Positions 37,627-49,452 are shown, counted from the first letter of the stretch. The stretch: 64,000 bases of DNA from Nemertoderma westbladi (GCA_032718475.1 JAUCBJ010001656.1:1-64000), one strand, 5' to 3'. Notes: generated from the letters alone by a model not told the origin. Translations and numbers: made by a program.

Positions 37627-40600
37627 ATGGAGAGGGATATTAGAGCGCAACCGCGCAGAGGATTTACTGCCAGAGAGGAGGCGGAGCTACCATTCGCGCG
37701 ACCAGGATGTAAAGACTCTAACGTTTACTACCATGGGCGGTCCGTGATGGAACTGAACGGGAAGTACAAACCAAGTTATGATAAGGAATTACGGAGGGAA
37801 AGAATGAGAGCGTTGGGGGACCGGATGGAAGTTTTGCGGAGAGAGTATCGCACGCGGTATCCCTACGACTTCGCTTTGGACGTGTGCGACATTAGCGCAG
37901 ATCCGGACGAGGAAATCGCACGACTATACCATATGAATATGTATTTACGACATGAGGAGCCTCTACCTGCAGTCCGAGACCAGTTCGACGGAATGCATCT
38001 GTATCGGAGGACTCGAGGTGAGGATCAGGAGACGCCGAAAGTCTTCAGCGTGTACAAGCTGTTCTACAAGTGTGGTGAATGCATGAATAAACAGGACGTA
38101 GCGATTCCCGACCGACTAGACGAGCAACATCCGGAACCGATATTAACGCGATGTCCAGCTCACCAATTCCTCAGATACAACGAGGGAGGTTACCCGATGA
38201 GCAACCCGATGATCAGTATCGACTTCAGCGGAAAGCGACCTCCGAGACCCATTACGCCGACCGTTACGACATTAGATCCGTATACGGAGATTAAACCCTG
38301 TTTGACACCCAGTTTGATAGAGACGGCAGCGGCCATTTCGCTGTACCGAGCCTACAAGGATCTAGAGGCGCGGCGCGAAGCGGCGCGGGACTCGGGTACC
38401 AAACCCGCGGGTTTGGAGCTCTCGAGTCCCTGGACTACGTTTACTTCACCTCACCGAGTGAGAAGCCTCACGCCTGAGCATCAGGACGACATAGACGCGT
38501 TGCGGCAGGAGGAGCGAGCGGCGAAGGCGAAAGAGTTATTTGAGAACAGGATAGCGGAGTATAATAAGACCGCGGATAGACATCAAGAGGAGACGAGGAG
38601 AGTGACCGGATTTGTTCCACAGGTCGTATCTCAACCCGGACCGGTGTATTATTCCGACGGCACCGAACCTGCAATATTAGTAGATTATCCGGAGTCGCGA
38701 GAAGCGATACGATTCTTGCCGATGGTAAGAATGGCGGACCATTGGAACGTTGACTGTCTACGGGAAGTTTTATGCGCGAAGTTCTTGCGTGATGTCCCAA
38801 TGCAGATCACAGATTATGACACGTTGGATAAGATTGGAGCTCCGGGGAAGGAGAGTAAGCTATTCGGATGGTTGGATAAGTACATCAAGGTATGGGTCGC
38901 GGTGGCTACATTCCCAGACGACGAGGAGGTAGACCAGACGTGGCTGAGGAGGAAGGGTTCTTATACCCGATATGATGACCACAAGGCTATCGAGCGCATG
39001 TGGACCCCATCAGACGAGATTCAGCGTCAGTGGAGGAAGACGGAGGAATCGCTGCAGGATTGGAGGGTGATGTTCTACGACAATGAAGGAGGGTCCCATC
39101 AGGAATGTTTGACCAGCAAGTGTATTCAAATTCGTGTGGCCGATGGTGTGACTCATGTGTTTATGCGTGTGAGGGCGGATCGAGAGAGACCGGAGCCCAT
39201 CATAACGACACAATATCGGAAGGGGAAGGATCCTAGGGAACAGATTTTGGAGGTATGCAGGCGAGGAGGTATGCACGGAGCGGAGCGTATCGACGCCAGG
39301 ATGTTACCAAAGAAAGTTAGAGAGGCTATTCTCAACCAAGATTACGTCAAGGTGGGATCGGGAGTCCAGAGCGATTTGGAGAGCGACTTCAACGCCATGA
39401 CTGATCTGGAAGATAGATTGCCGAGACCGTTTGTCGACACCAAGCTATTGTTGCTATGGGCACAGGATATTGGAATTTATAGGGAGTATCCCAACTCTGC
39501 CAAGACTGGTATGGGCTTTATAGCACACTTGTTGTATAATTGGGACTTTAAGTTAAAGACGCAAAAGAAGTATGAGGAGGCGTATGGCGAATACAACACG
39601 CCACCGGGAGCGGAGTTCAAATCCCACTTCAAGCGGCAAGCGTTAGTGTATTGGAACATTTGCGCGCCACCCCGTGCGTCGCTACAATATTATTTGGTGC
39701 TTGAGTCGAACACGGTGACTTGTTTATTAGCGGATATCGTTGCGCGAGTTTTGAAGCGTCATCCATTGGTATTCGGAGGAGATCAATACGTTCGCTCGAA
39801 AGGGGGAATCCAATCCGACGTGATGAAGCGTTTCTTAACCCCGTTCTTCAACCAATCGTTAGAGAATACGTCGATGGTGAGGAGAGGATTAGCGATATTC
39901 GAAGGAGTATATCGACAGAACATCGGAGATTTGGGAGACCGACCGTCGATGGAATATCCGACACCAGAAGCTTTGGAGAAGTGGTTCGGGAATCAAACCC
40001 GCGGGTTTGGTACTCCCTTCCACTCGGAGGCTGATAGACCTGTTAAGGAGGGCTGGCCGGAGACGTTAGTAGAGGTGTTCGGAGTAGATCTTCCGGTGGA
40101 GAAGACATATCCGAAACGAACGCGGGAGGAAATATTGGAGATAGAGGACAAGGGCGAGGATGTTTACTTTGTTCCGGATCGACAACCGTTGACTGGAGAG
40201 GACGACATCGTATTAGACATTGGGAAGGAAGGAAGTGCGAAACCGATTGGAGACCTCATATACGAGAGGGCCTGGTTTCCACAAGCGCGTAGGTGCAAAT
40301 TGTGCGGCAGCACAAGGCACAATCTAAAGTCGTGCGACGCGGTAGTAGAGGCGGCGCATAAGGTCTGTCGTTGGTGTAATGAGACCGACCATTCGTTTCA
40401 CACGTGCACCGTCTTCATTTCTCAATGTGGATATTGTGGGGTAAAGGGACATCGTAGCGCGAGATGTCAGCTGCGAGATGATTCCTTTCAAAACCATAGC
40501 GCTAACCTACTTCGGGAGATGTTAGACAAGTGGGAGAGTGTGGCGGATTACCATATTCAAGCGCAGATGCGTTGGTTACCATTTAAAGCGGGATATGGGT

Positions 40601-41334
40601 TTTGGGCGGTAGACCCATCGCATGTTGCGTACGAGCCATATCTACAATCGCTACCACAATATCAGGAGCTCATCCTAACTGCTCAAGACCTTCCACAGAA
40701 CACTGGAGTTATCGTAGTCCGAGAATACTTCAGACAATTGAACATGGACAATAAGTACACATGGAACTTCGTTGCTATTTGCGATCGCATCACGAAGGGT
40801 GTATTTACGGAGACTAGAAAAGTGGTACGCGCGCGAGGTGATGGGAGGATGGCGGCTATACAATACCGCAACGAATTCTTGTTGACTCATGTGCCAGTGG
40901 GTTCATTGACCGCCGAGAGGATACAGGAACAAAGGATCGCAGCGACCACAGCGACGACCGCTGGAGCTCAAGGCTCGCGGAAAGAACCAGGAGGAGGGGT
41001 CCAAGACAAGCGTCAAGTCAAGGACGATCACTATCATTCGATTATAGAAGCACAACGGTTGCAGCGCAAGGCGCAGGGGGCGTCTGAAAAAGCGCGTGTG
41101 CAACTGCATAAGGAAGAGTTGGCGGAAGCGACCACGGGAGCGCGACAATTGGGACGAGGCCGAGGGAGAAGTACCAGCCGAGAATCTGTCGGGGCTCAGG
41201 GAACGTCGTCGCCGGTTCCGGGGAGTGACGCCTCACGGACGCCGTCAACGGAGTCGACTGGAGGACGATTGGTGTATCTGGGAAGGGGGCGGAAGAGAGG
41301 AGCGAGCCCAAAGAACCCAGGAGCGGGTCGATAA
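37627..41334 (+). CDS. Retrotransposon accessory ORF (1235 aa): putative DEDDy/WRN-like 3'-5' exonuclease, three CCHC zinc knuckles and an RG-rich tail
   Basis: Uninterrupted 3.7-kb ORF between pol and the 3' LTR. VMFYDNEG (ExoI-like), LPKKVREAILNQDYVKVGSGVQSD (ExoII-like), LQYYLVLES (ExoIII-like). CKLCGSTRHNLKSC, CRWCNETDHSFHTC, CGYCGVKGHRSARC. Confidence 0.7.
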   Translation: MERDIRAQPRRGFTAREEAELPFARPGCKDSNVYYHGRSVMELNGKYKPSYDKELRRERMRALGDRMEVLRREYRTRYPYDFALDVCDISADPDEEIARLYHMNMYLRHEEPLPAVRDQFDGMHLYRRTRGEDQETPKVFSVYKLFYKCGECMNKQDVAIPDRLDEQHPEPILTRCPAHQFLRYNEGGYPMSNPMISIDFSGKRPPRPITPTVTTLDPYTEIKPCLTPSLIETAAAISLYRAYKDLEARREAARDSGTKPAGLELSSPWTTFTSPHRVRSLTPEHQDDIDALRQEERAAKAKELFENRIAEYNKTADRHQEETRRVTGFVPQVVSQPGPVYYSDGTEPAILVDYPESREAIRFLPMVRMADHWNVDCLREVLCAKFLRDVPMQITDYDTLDKIGAPGKESKLFGWLDKYIKVWVAVATFPDDEEVDQTWLRRKGSYTRYDDHKAIERMWTPSDEIQRQWRKTEESLQDWRVMFYDNEGGSHQECLTSKCIQIRVADGVTHVFMRVRADRERPEPIITTQYRKGKDPREQILEVCRRGGMHGAERIDARMLPKKVREAILNQDYVKVGSGVQSDLESDFNAMTDLEDRLPRPFVDTKLLLLWAQDIGIYREYPNSAKTGMGFIAHLLYNWDFKLKTQKKYEEAYGEYNTPPGAEFKSHFKRQALVYWNICAPPRASLQYYLVLESNTVTCLLADIVARVLKRHPLVFGGDQYVRSKGGIQSDVMKRFLTPFFNQSLENTSMVRRGLAIFEGVYRQNIGDLGDRPSMEYPTPEALEKWFGNQTRGFGTPFHSEADRPVKEGWPETLVEVFGVDLPVEKTYPKRTREEILEIEDKGEDVYFVPDRQPLTGEDDIVLDIGKEGSAKPIGDLIYERAWFPQARRCKLCGSTRHNLKSCDAVVEAAHKVCRWCNETDHSFHTCTVFISQCGYCGVKGHRSARCQLRDDSFQNHSANLLREMLDKWESVADYHIQAQMRWLPFKAGYGFWAVDPSHVAYEPYLQSLPQYQELILTAQDLPQNTGVIVVREYFRQLNMDNKYTWNFVAICDRITKGVFTETRKVVRARGDGRMAAIQYRNEFLLTHVPVGSLTAERIQEQRIAATTATTAGAQGSRKEPGGGVQDKRQVKDDHYHSIIEAQRLQRKAQGASEKARVQLHKEELAEATTGARQLGRGRGRSTSRESVGAQGTSSPVPGSDASRTPSTESTGGRLVYLGRGRKRGASPKNPGAGR

Positions 41335-41827
41335 TACATTATAGCACAGGGCGACAGACTCTAGATATATACATCATCGTCGCTCTGATGTATATTGTAG
41401 CATTTGGAAATCTTCGACTAGACTCGTATACACTAGTTGAGCTATTTGAATTTATATTATGAAAGAGGCGAAGGAAGTGATTGGGGAGACAAACCTGCGG
41501 GTTTGGCTTACTCCTTTCACTTACCCTAGCAAAAATTTTATATTTGATTTGTATGTAGTAATCATTATGTAGTAAGAATGAACGAGAAACAATATTTTGT
41601 AAATTTAATTTGTATGTAATAATCGTTAAACAGTGAGAGAGACAATATTTTGTAAATTTAATTTGTATGTAATTCATTATGCAATATCTATAGCAATATT
41701 TGTAAATAGTAGGACCTATAGTATCAAGTATTTAGATTGGTTGGAAGAAATTTATTTTGTTTTGTATACATCACCTTATACTCTTCTACAATTGGAGGGA
41801 AACATTGTATGATTTCCCTTGGAGCGG

Positions 41828-44018
41828 TGTTACGGTATATGGCGCTGTATCCATATTATTAGTCATCATGCAGTATGCAATATTAGTCCGTTATGCAGTA
41901 TGCAATATTAGTCCGTTATACTGTACGTAATATTAGTCCATTGTGCAGCATGATATTTTAGATAAGGCATAATAACGCAGTGGTATTTAGGTAGGGAAAT
42001 CAAAACGCCCATATATTTGAAACCATCCATTTTGTATAGTATGTAGCCCTACCTACGTAATTTTGTATTAGGATATATGTAGATAGTTCCAGGGTAGCGA
42101 GTTTATTCGGACCCTGGATTTTGTGCTTGCTGATATTAGTTTGATAGGGCTAGCATATAGGGACGCCGTCCTGGCCATTCAGCAGCCAGAGACGTGATCC
42201 ATTACCATATATGGTAATAATTTGAGCAATAGGGCTACAATCCGGCCTCCTTATTGGATTAACTGCTTCCAGGTTGGTCTAATGCTAGCATGGACTGGAG
42301 AGCCAATAGGAGAGCGATTGAGTCACCCTATTGCATCATCCCATCCGGATCACCTATAAATTGGCGGTGTGCCGGTAGAGCCTATCGATCGATTCAACCT
42401 TCACTGCTGTTGTACTTGCTGAGCTGTCTCTATTCAATTTTGACGGATTTTAGAGTATTTTTGCAATTTGATTAATTTCTTGAAATGATTTGCTAGTGCG
42501 ATTACTCTTGCTTGTGTTTCTCAATTAATTCCTTCGATTACTGCTAATTACAACTGAACTATGATTTCTACTTTTGATTAATGGTTCTATGTGATTCTTT
42601 CCTGCGCAATAATCCTAAGGGATTTCTGAGACTGTCAGACTTTGTGATTTGCATGCGCCGCTACGGTAGCTATTAGCGTAATGGAGGGCTAAGGCGCCAG
42701 CGGGCGGTGGGCACATCGGGGGGTTGGGCGACTAAGGGAGAGCGGAGGATTCAAAGCGAGCAACGCTGGCGTGGGGTCACCGTTGCGGTCGGGAAGTTAA
42801 CGCTGTGGTACGCAGACCAATCGCCGGTACAGTAATTAGGGGGCTGATGATCCAGGTTTCGTCTCTATTTAGTATTAGGGGGGCGGGAATCAGGTTAGTT
42901 AGGAGTCCTATATGTACCCGGGAGAGGCCTGCACGTATCACAACGTTTCGAACGTTGAGCGTGTAGTACGAATAGTGAGTCGCATAATTGTGGGCTATAC
43001 AGTAGTTAACTGCATAATTGCGAACTGTGATTGCTGACGCTGATTGGTGTGTTACTGAAGTGTGCCTATGATTGTGAATGTTTAGGTAGGCGCTCTTTTC
43101 TCTTTGATTGATTTCTATTTCTTAGTTACAACAATTAGTTACTGATTAGGTCAAAGTAATACGGCAATTTAGGCTATTACTAGCGAAACCTGTTGCGTGA
43201 TAAATTAGAATTACGTATTCTGGAACTCTTAGTAATTAGTACGCTGTTAAATATTTGTGACTGTAATTGATTAGTAAAATTAAGAATTAGTACGCAGCAT
43301 AGCGGAGAGTAGCTAAAGTAATAATTAGAGTACTGTAAACTATTCACGCTGAGCGGTTATTTGCATTAGCGGACAATCAGCTAGAACGCACTATTCGGTA
43401 CGCACGAAACGCTAGTGATTTGCTGGCCTAAAGCCAGCTGCAGGCAATTTTAGACCCAGAGTGGTACTATCCACGAGAGACAATTACTGTACCATTTTTG
43501 ATATTTTAAATATTCTCGCATTCACACATTACGTTAGAGAACCCCCAGTATTCGCGATTAGAAAAGACGTAGGTAATAGCGTGCTTTAATAGTGATAGAA
43601 TTAGGCGTAAGAATACTCTGAGTGCAAGGCCTCTCGCACTCGTCTTAAGTAAGCTTAGGGAGCCGACTCGGGTTTATTGTTTTGGTTATTCCTGCGTGGC
43701 TCATAGATTCGAACAGTTAGCTCTCTATCGAGCAATCGGTAGAGAAAGGAACAAGCGATTTTGCAGGAGTTGTGTAAATTTAGTAAAATATATTAGCGGA
43801 CGGCAGATTAGCGCCATCCAACGGTAAGTAGCGGTTTTGTATTTAGCAACCCTTACAATTTAGTAATAGCACGCTCCTGATCCCCTTTACTTAACAGTAG
43901 AGCAGTCTTTGTGTCTTATTGGTTAGACGAGAACTTATTAGGTTGGCAGAAGGATATTAACGGGTATTGGTCTGTTCAACAGTTCTGCTGTTAGTATAGA
44001 GGTCGCGGTTGTTTATCA
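41828..44018 (+). repeat. 3' LTR (2191 bp)
   Basis: Copy of 24850-27038, preceded by purine-rich GGAGCGG and followed by TSD CCCCC. Confidence 0.95.
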
Positions 44019-44122
44019 CCCCCTCTATATTTCCTTTTTTTATATTGTTCCCTTTACTTTATTTCCTCCCTCTATATTTCCATGGTTTTTATTGTTATCT
44101 TTACTTTATTTTCCCGCTTTAG

Positions 44123-44504
44123 GCTCACGTTATCGGCCCTTCCGGCGCCGTCCGACATGCCGACATACAGGAGACCGACAACTCCCGGTTCGCCGTTCGA
44201 TTCGTTCCCACCGAGATGGGCGTCCACACGGTCGAGGTTAAATACCGTGGACGACATGTCCCATCGAGTCCCTTCCAGTTCACGGTCGGGCCTATAGGGG
44301 AGGGCGGAGCCGGCAAGGTGACCGCCGGGGGTCCCGGCCTGGAGCGCGGCGAGGCGGGGAGGCCAGCCGAGTTCAGTATCTGGACGCGGGAGGCCGGAGC
44401 CGGGCCCCTCAGTGTCGCAGTGGAGGGGCCGGCCAAGACGGATATTCAGTACGAGGATCGGAGAGACGGATCGTGCGACGTTGTATACGTACCTCCAGTA
44501 CCAG
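44123..44504 (+). CDS. FLN: Filamin exon C (Ig20-Ig21 equivalent)
   Basis: ctttag|GCT CAC...CCA G|gttagt; AHVIGPSG...[41 protein letters not shown]...[13 protein letters not shown]...VVYVPPVP. Confidence 0.95.
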
Positions 44505-47500
44505 GTTAGTACCTCCAGTACCAGGTTAGTACCTCCAGTACCAGGTTAGTACCTCCAGTACCAGGTTAGTACCTCCAGTACCAGGTTAGTACCTCCAGTA
44601 CCGGGTTAGTACCTCCAGTACCGGGTTAGTACCTCCAGTACCGGGTTAGTACCTCCAGTACCAGGTTAGTACCTCCAGTACCAGGTTAGTACCTCCAGTA
44701 CCAGGTTAGTACCTCCAGTACCGGGTTAGTACCTCCAGTACCGGGTTAGTACCTCCAGTACCGGGTTAGTACCTCCAGTACCGGGTTAGTACCTCCAGTA
44801 CCAGGTTAGTACCTCCAGTACCGGGTTAGTACCTCCAGTACCGGGTTAGTACCTCCAGTACCAGGTTAGTACCTCCAGTACCAGGTTAGTACCTCCAGTA
44901 CCAGGTTAGTACCTCCAGTACCAGGTTAGTACCTTCAGTACCGGGTTAGTACCTCCAGTACCAGGTTAGTACCTCCAGTACCAGGTTAGTACCTCCAGTA
45001 CCGGGTTAGTACCTCCAGTACCAGGTTAGTACCTCCAGTACCGGGTTAGTACCTCCAGTACCAGGTTAGTACCTCCAGTACCGGGTTAGTACCTCCAGTA
45101 CCAGGTTAGTACCTCCAGTACCGGGTTAGTACCTCCAGTACCGGGTTAGTACCTCCAGTACCAGGTTAGTACCTCCAGTACCGGGTTAGTACCTCCAGTA
45201 CCGGGTTAGTACCTCCAGTACCGGGTTAGTACCTCCAGTACCGGGTTAGTACCTCCAGTACCAGGTTAGTACCTCCAGTACCAGGTTAGTACCTCCAGTA
45301 CCAGATTAGTACCTCCAGTACCAGGTTAGTACCTCCAGTACCAGGTTAGTACCTCCAGTACCGGGTTAGTACCTCCAGTACCGGGTTAGTACCTCCAGTA
45401 CCAGGTTAGTACCTCCAGTACCGGGTTAGTACCTCCAGTACCGGGTTAGTACCTCCAGTACCGGGTTAGTACCTCCAGTACCGGGTTAGTACCTCCAGTA
45501 CCGGGTTAGTACCTCCAGTACCGGGTTAGTACCTCCAGTACCGGGTTAGTACCTCCAGTACCAGGTTAGTACCTCCAGTACCAGGTTAGTACCTCCAGTA
45601 CCGGGTTAGTACCTCCAGTACCAGGTTAGTACCTCCAGTACCAGGTTAGTACCTCCAGTACCAGGTTAGTACCTCCAGTACCGGGTTAGTACCTCCAGTA
45701 CCAGGTTAGTACCTCCAGTACCAGGTTAGTACCTCCAGTACCAGGTTAGTACCTCCAGTACCAGGTTAGTACCTCCAGTACCAGGTTAGTACCTCCAGTA
45801 CCAGGTTAGTACCTCCAGTACCAGGTTAGTACCTCCAGTACCAGGTTAGTACCTCCAGTACCAGGTTAGTACCTCCAGTACCGGGTTAGTACCTCCAGTA
45901 CCAGGTTAGTACCTCCAGTACCAGGTTAGTACCTCCAGTACCAGGTTAGTACCTCCAGTACCGGGTTAGTACCTCCAGTACCAGGTTAGTACCTCCAGTA
46001 CCAGGTTAGTACCTCCAGTACCAGGTTAGTACCTCCAGTACCGGGTTAGTACCTCCAGTACCAGGTTAGTACCTCCAGTACCGGGTTAGTACCTCCAGTA
46101 CCAGGTTAGTACCTCCAGTACCGGGTTAGTACCTCCAGTACCGGGTTAGTACCTCCAGTACCGGGTTAGTACCTCCAGTACCAGGTTAGTACCTCCAGTA
46201 CCGGGTTAGTACCTCCAGTACCAGGTTAGTACCTCCAGTACCGGGTTAGTACCTCCAGTACCAGGTTAGTACCTCCAGTACCAGGTTAGTACCTCCAGTA
46301 CCGGTTAGTACCTCCAGTACCGGGTTAGTACCTCCAGTACCAGGTTAGTACCTCCAGTACCGGGTTAGTACCTCCAGTACCAGGTTAGTACCTCCAGTAC
46401 CAGGTTAGTACCTCCAGTACCAGGTTAGTACCTCCAGTACCAGGTTAGTACCTCCAGTACCAGGTTAGTACCTCCAGTACCAGGTTAGTACCTCCAGTAC
46501 CAGGTTAGTACCTCCAGTACCAGGTTAGTACCTCCAGTACCAGGTTAGTACCTCCAGTACCAGGTTAGTACCTCCAGTACCGGGTTAGTACCTCCAGTAC
46601 CAGGTTAGTACCTCCAGTACCAGGTTAGTACCTCCAGTACCAGGTTAGTACCTCCAGTACCGGGTTAGTACCTCCAGTACCAGGTTAGTACCTCCAGTAC
46701 CGGGTTAGTACCTCCAGTACCGGGTTAGTACCTCCAGTACCAGGTTAGTACCTCCAGTACCAGGTTAGTACCTCCAGTACCGGGTTAGTACCTCCAGTAC
46801 CGGGTTAGTACCTCCAGTACCAGGTTAGTACCTCCAGTACCGGGTTAGTACCTCCAGTACCAGGTTAGTACCTCCAGTACCAGGTTAGTACCTCCAGTAC
46901 CGGGTTAGTACCTCCAGTACCAGGTTAGTACCTCCAGTACCAGGTTAGTACCTCCAGTACCGGGTTAGTACCTCCAGTACCAGGTTAGTACCTCCAGTAC
47001 CGGGTTAGTACCTCCAGTACCAGGTTAGTACCTCCAGTACCGGGTTAGTACCTCCAGTACCAGGTTAGTACCTCCAGTACCGGGTTAGTACCTCCAGTAC
47101 CAGGTTAGTACCTCCAGTACCAGGTTAGTACCTCCAGTACCGGGTTAGTACCTCCAGTACCAGGTTAGTACCTCCAGTACCAGGTTAGTACCTCCAGTAC
47201 CAGGTTAGTACCTCCAGTACCAGGTTAGTACCTCCAGTACCAGGTTAGTACCTCCAGTACCGGGTTAGTACCTCCAGTACCGGGTTAGTACCTCCAGTAC
47301 CGGGTTAGTACCTCCAGTACCAGGTTAGTACCTCCAGTACCAGGTTAGTACCTCCAGTACCAGGTTAGTACCTCCAGTACCAGGTTAGTACCTCCAGTAC
47401 CAGGTTAGTACCTCCAGTACCGGGTTAGTACCTCCAGTACCAGGTTAGTACCTCCAGTACCAGGTTAGTACCTCCAGTACCAGGTTAGTACCTCCAGTAC

Positions 47501-49108
47501 CAGGTTAGTACCTCCAGTACCGGGTTAGTACCTCCAGTACCAGGTTAGTACCTCCAGTACCAGGTTAGTACCTCCAGTACCAGGTTAGTACCTCCAGTAC
47601 CGGGTTAGTACCTCCAGTACCAGGTTAGTACCTCCAGTACCAGGTTAGTACCTCCAGTACCGGGTTAGCACCTCCAGTACCGGGTTAGTACCTCCAGTAC
47701 CAGGTTAGTACCTCCAGTACCGGGTTAGTACCTCCAGTACCAGGTTAGTACCTCCAGTACCGGGTTAGTACCTCCAGTACCAGGTTAGTACCTCCAGTAC
47801 CAGGTTAGTACCTCCAGTACCAGGTTAGTACCTCCAGTACCGGGTTAGTACCTCCAGTACCAGGTTAGTACCTCCAGTACCAGGTTAGTACCTCCAGTAC
47901 CGGGTTAGCACCTCCAGTACCAGGTTAGTACCTCCAGTACCAGATTAGTACCTCCAGTACCAGGTTAGTACCTCCAGTACCAGATTAGTACCTCCAGTAC
48001 CAGGTTAGTACCTCCAGTACCGGGTTAGTACCTCCAGTACCAGGTTAGTACCTCCAGTACCAGGTTAGTACCTCCAGTACCGGGTTAGCACCTCCAGTAC
48101 CAGGTTAGTACCTCCAGTACCAGGTTAGTACCTCCAGTACCAGATTAGTACCTCCAGTACCAGGTTAGTACCTCCAGTACCAGGTTAGTACCTCCAGTAC
48201 CAGGTTAGTACCTCCAGTACCAGGTTAGTACCTCCAGTACCAGATTAGTACCTCCAGTACCAGGTTAGTACCTTCAGTACCGGGTTAGTACCTCCAGTAC
48301 CAGGTTAGTACATCAAGTACCGGATGAGTACCTCCAGTACCAGGTTAGTACCTTCAGTACCGGATGAGTACCTCCAGTACCAGGTTAGTACCTTCAGTAC
48401 CGGATGAGTACCCTCAGTACCAGGTTAGTACCTCCAGTACCAGGTTAGTACCTCCAGTACCAGGTTAGTACCTCCAGTACCAGATTAGTACCTCCAGTAC
48501 CAGGTTAGTACCCTCAGTACCAGGTTAGTACCTCCAGTACCAGGTTAGTACCCCCAGTACCAGGTTAGTACCTCCAGTACCAGGTTAGTACCTCCAGTAC
48601 CAGGTTAGTACCTTCAGTACCGGGTTAGTACCTCCAGTACCAGGTTAGTACATCAAGTACCGGATGAGTACCTCCAGTACCAGGTTAGTACCTTCAGTAC
48701 CGGATGAGTACCTCCAGTACCAGGTTAGTACCTCCAGTACCGGATGAGTACCTCCAGTACCAGGTTAGTACCTCCAGTACCAGGTTAGTACCTCCAGTAC
48801 CGGGTTAGTACCTCCAGTACCAGGTTAGTACCTCCAGTACCAGGTTAGTACCTCCAGTACCGGGTTAGTACCTCCAGTACCGGGTTAGTACCTCCAGTAC
48901 CGGGTTAGTACCTCCAGTACCGGGTTAGTACCTCCAGTACCAGGTTAGTACCTCCAGTACCAGGTTAGTACCTCCAGTACCGGGTTAGCACCTCCAGTAC
49001 CGGGTTAGTACCTCCAGTACCGGGTTAGTTCCTCCAGTACCGGGTTAGAACCTCCTGTACCAGGTTAGTACCTGCAGTACCGGGTTTGTACCTCCAGTAC
49101 CGGGTTAG
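44489..49108 (+). repeat. 20-bp tandem array (~231 copies) spanning the donor site of exon C
   Basis: Unit gtacctccagtacc(a/g)g|GTta; the first copy is the coding end of exon C. Confidence 0.97.
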
Positions 49109-49113
49109 GGGAA

Positions 49114-49187
49114 TATTTAGGGGAGTATAACTTATGTTATTTATTTAGGGGAGTATAACTTATGTTATTTATTTAGGGGAGTATAAC
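49114..49187 (+). repeat. 28-bp repeat (~2.6 copies) spanning the acceptor site of exon D
   Basis: ttatgttatttatttAG|gggagtataac; AGs at 49119, 49147 and 49175. Confidence 0.9.
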
Positions 49188-49452
49188 ATATCGGTTAAGT
49201 TTAACGACCAATCGATTCCGGGTTCCCCTTTCCGTGTCTATGTAGCCCCCCCTAGAGCCGACACCTTCCGCCAGGAGGCCGTCTCCCGTACGAGTCGCAT
49301 CTCATCCCTCCAGAGCACCATGCGGGTCGGCCAACCAGTGTCGTTCGCTGTACAGATGTCGGATTCCGGATCTCCGGACGGTCTCCGGGCCACCGTGGTC
49401 GCCCCGTCCGGAGTGGAGGACCCAGCCGTAGTGTCGGACTACGACCCACACA
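49177..49452 (+). CDS. FLN: Filamin exon D (Ig21-Ig22 equivalent); missed by the ORF track
   Basis: atttag|GG GAG TAT...CAC A|gtgagt; GEYNISVKFNDQSIPGSPFRVYVAPP...VGQPVSFAVQMS...LRATVVAPSGVEDPAVVSDYDPH; phase 1/1. Confidence 0.92.

Larger units (their letters stand above)
24850..44018 (+). mobile_element. BEL/Pao LTR retrotransposon, 19.17 kb, inside filamin intron B-C, same orientation as the host gene
   Basis: Two ~2.19-kb TG...CA LTRs, 5-bp TSD CCCCC (24845-24849 / 44019-44023), single Gag-PR-RT-RH-IN polyprotein with BEL/Pao motifs, and an extra 3' ORF. Confidence 0.95.

Noticed and set aside
37627-41334. Calling the 3' ORF an env gene
   Set aside because: No visible signal peptide, transmembrane anchor or glycoprotein-like cysteine pattern; the motifs point to a nuclease with zinc knuckles.
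44505-49110. GGGTTAG/GGTTAG resembling telomeric repeats
   Set aside because: The motif is the exon C donor (CAG|GTTAGT) within a 20-bp unit, not (TTAGGG)n or (TTAGG)n.
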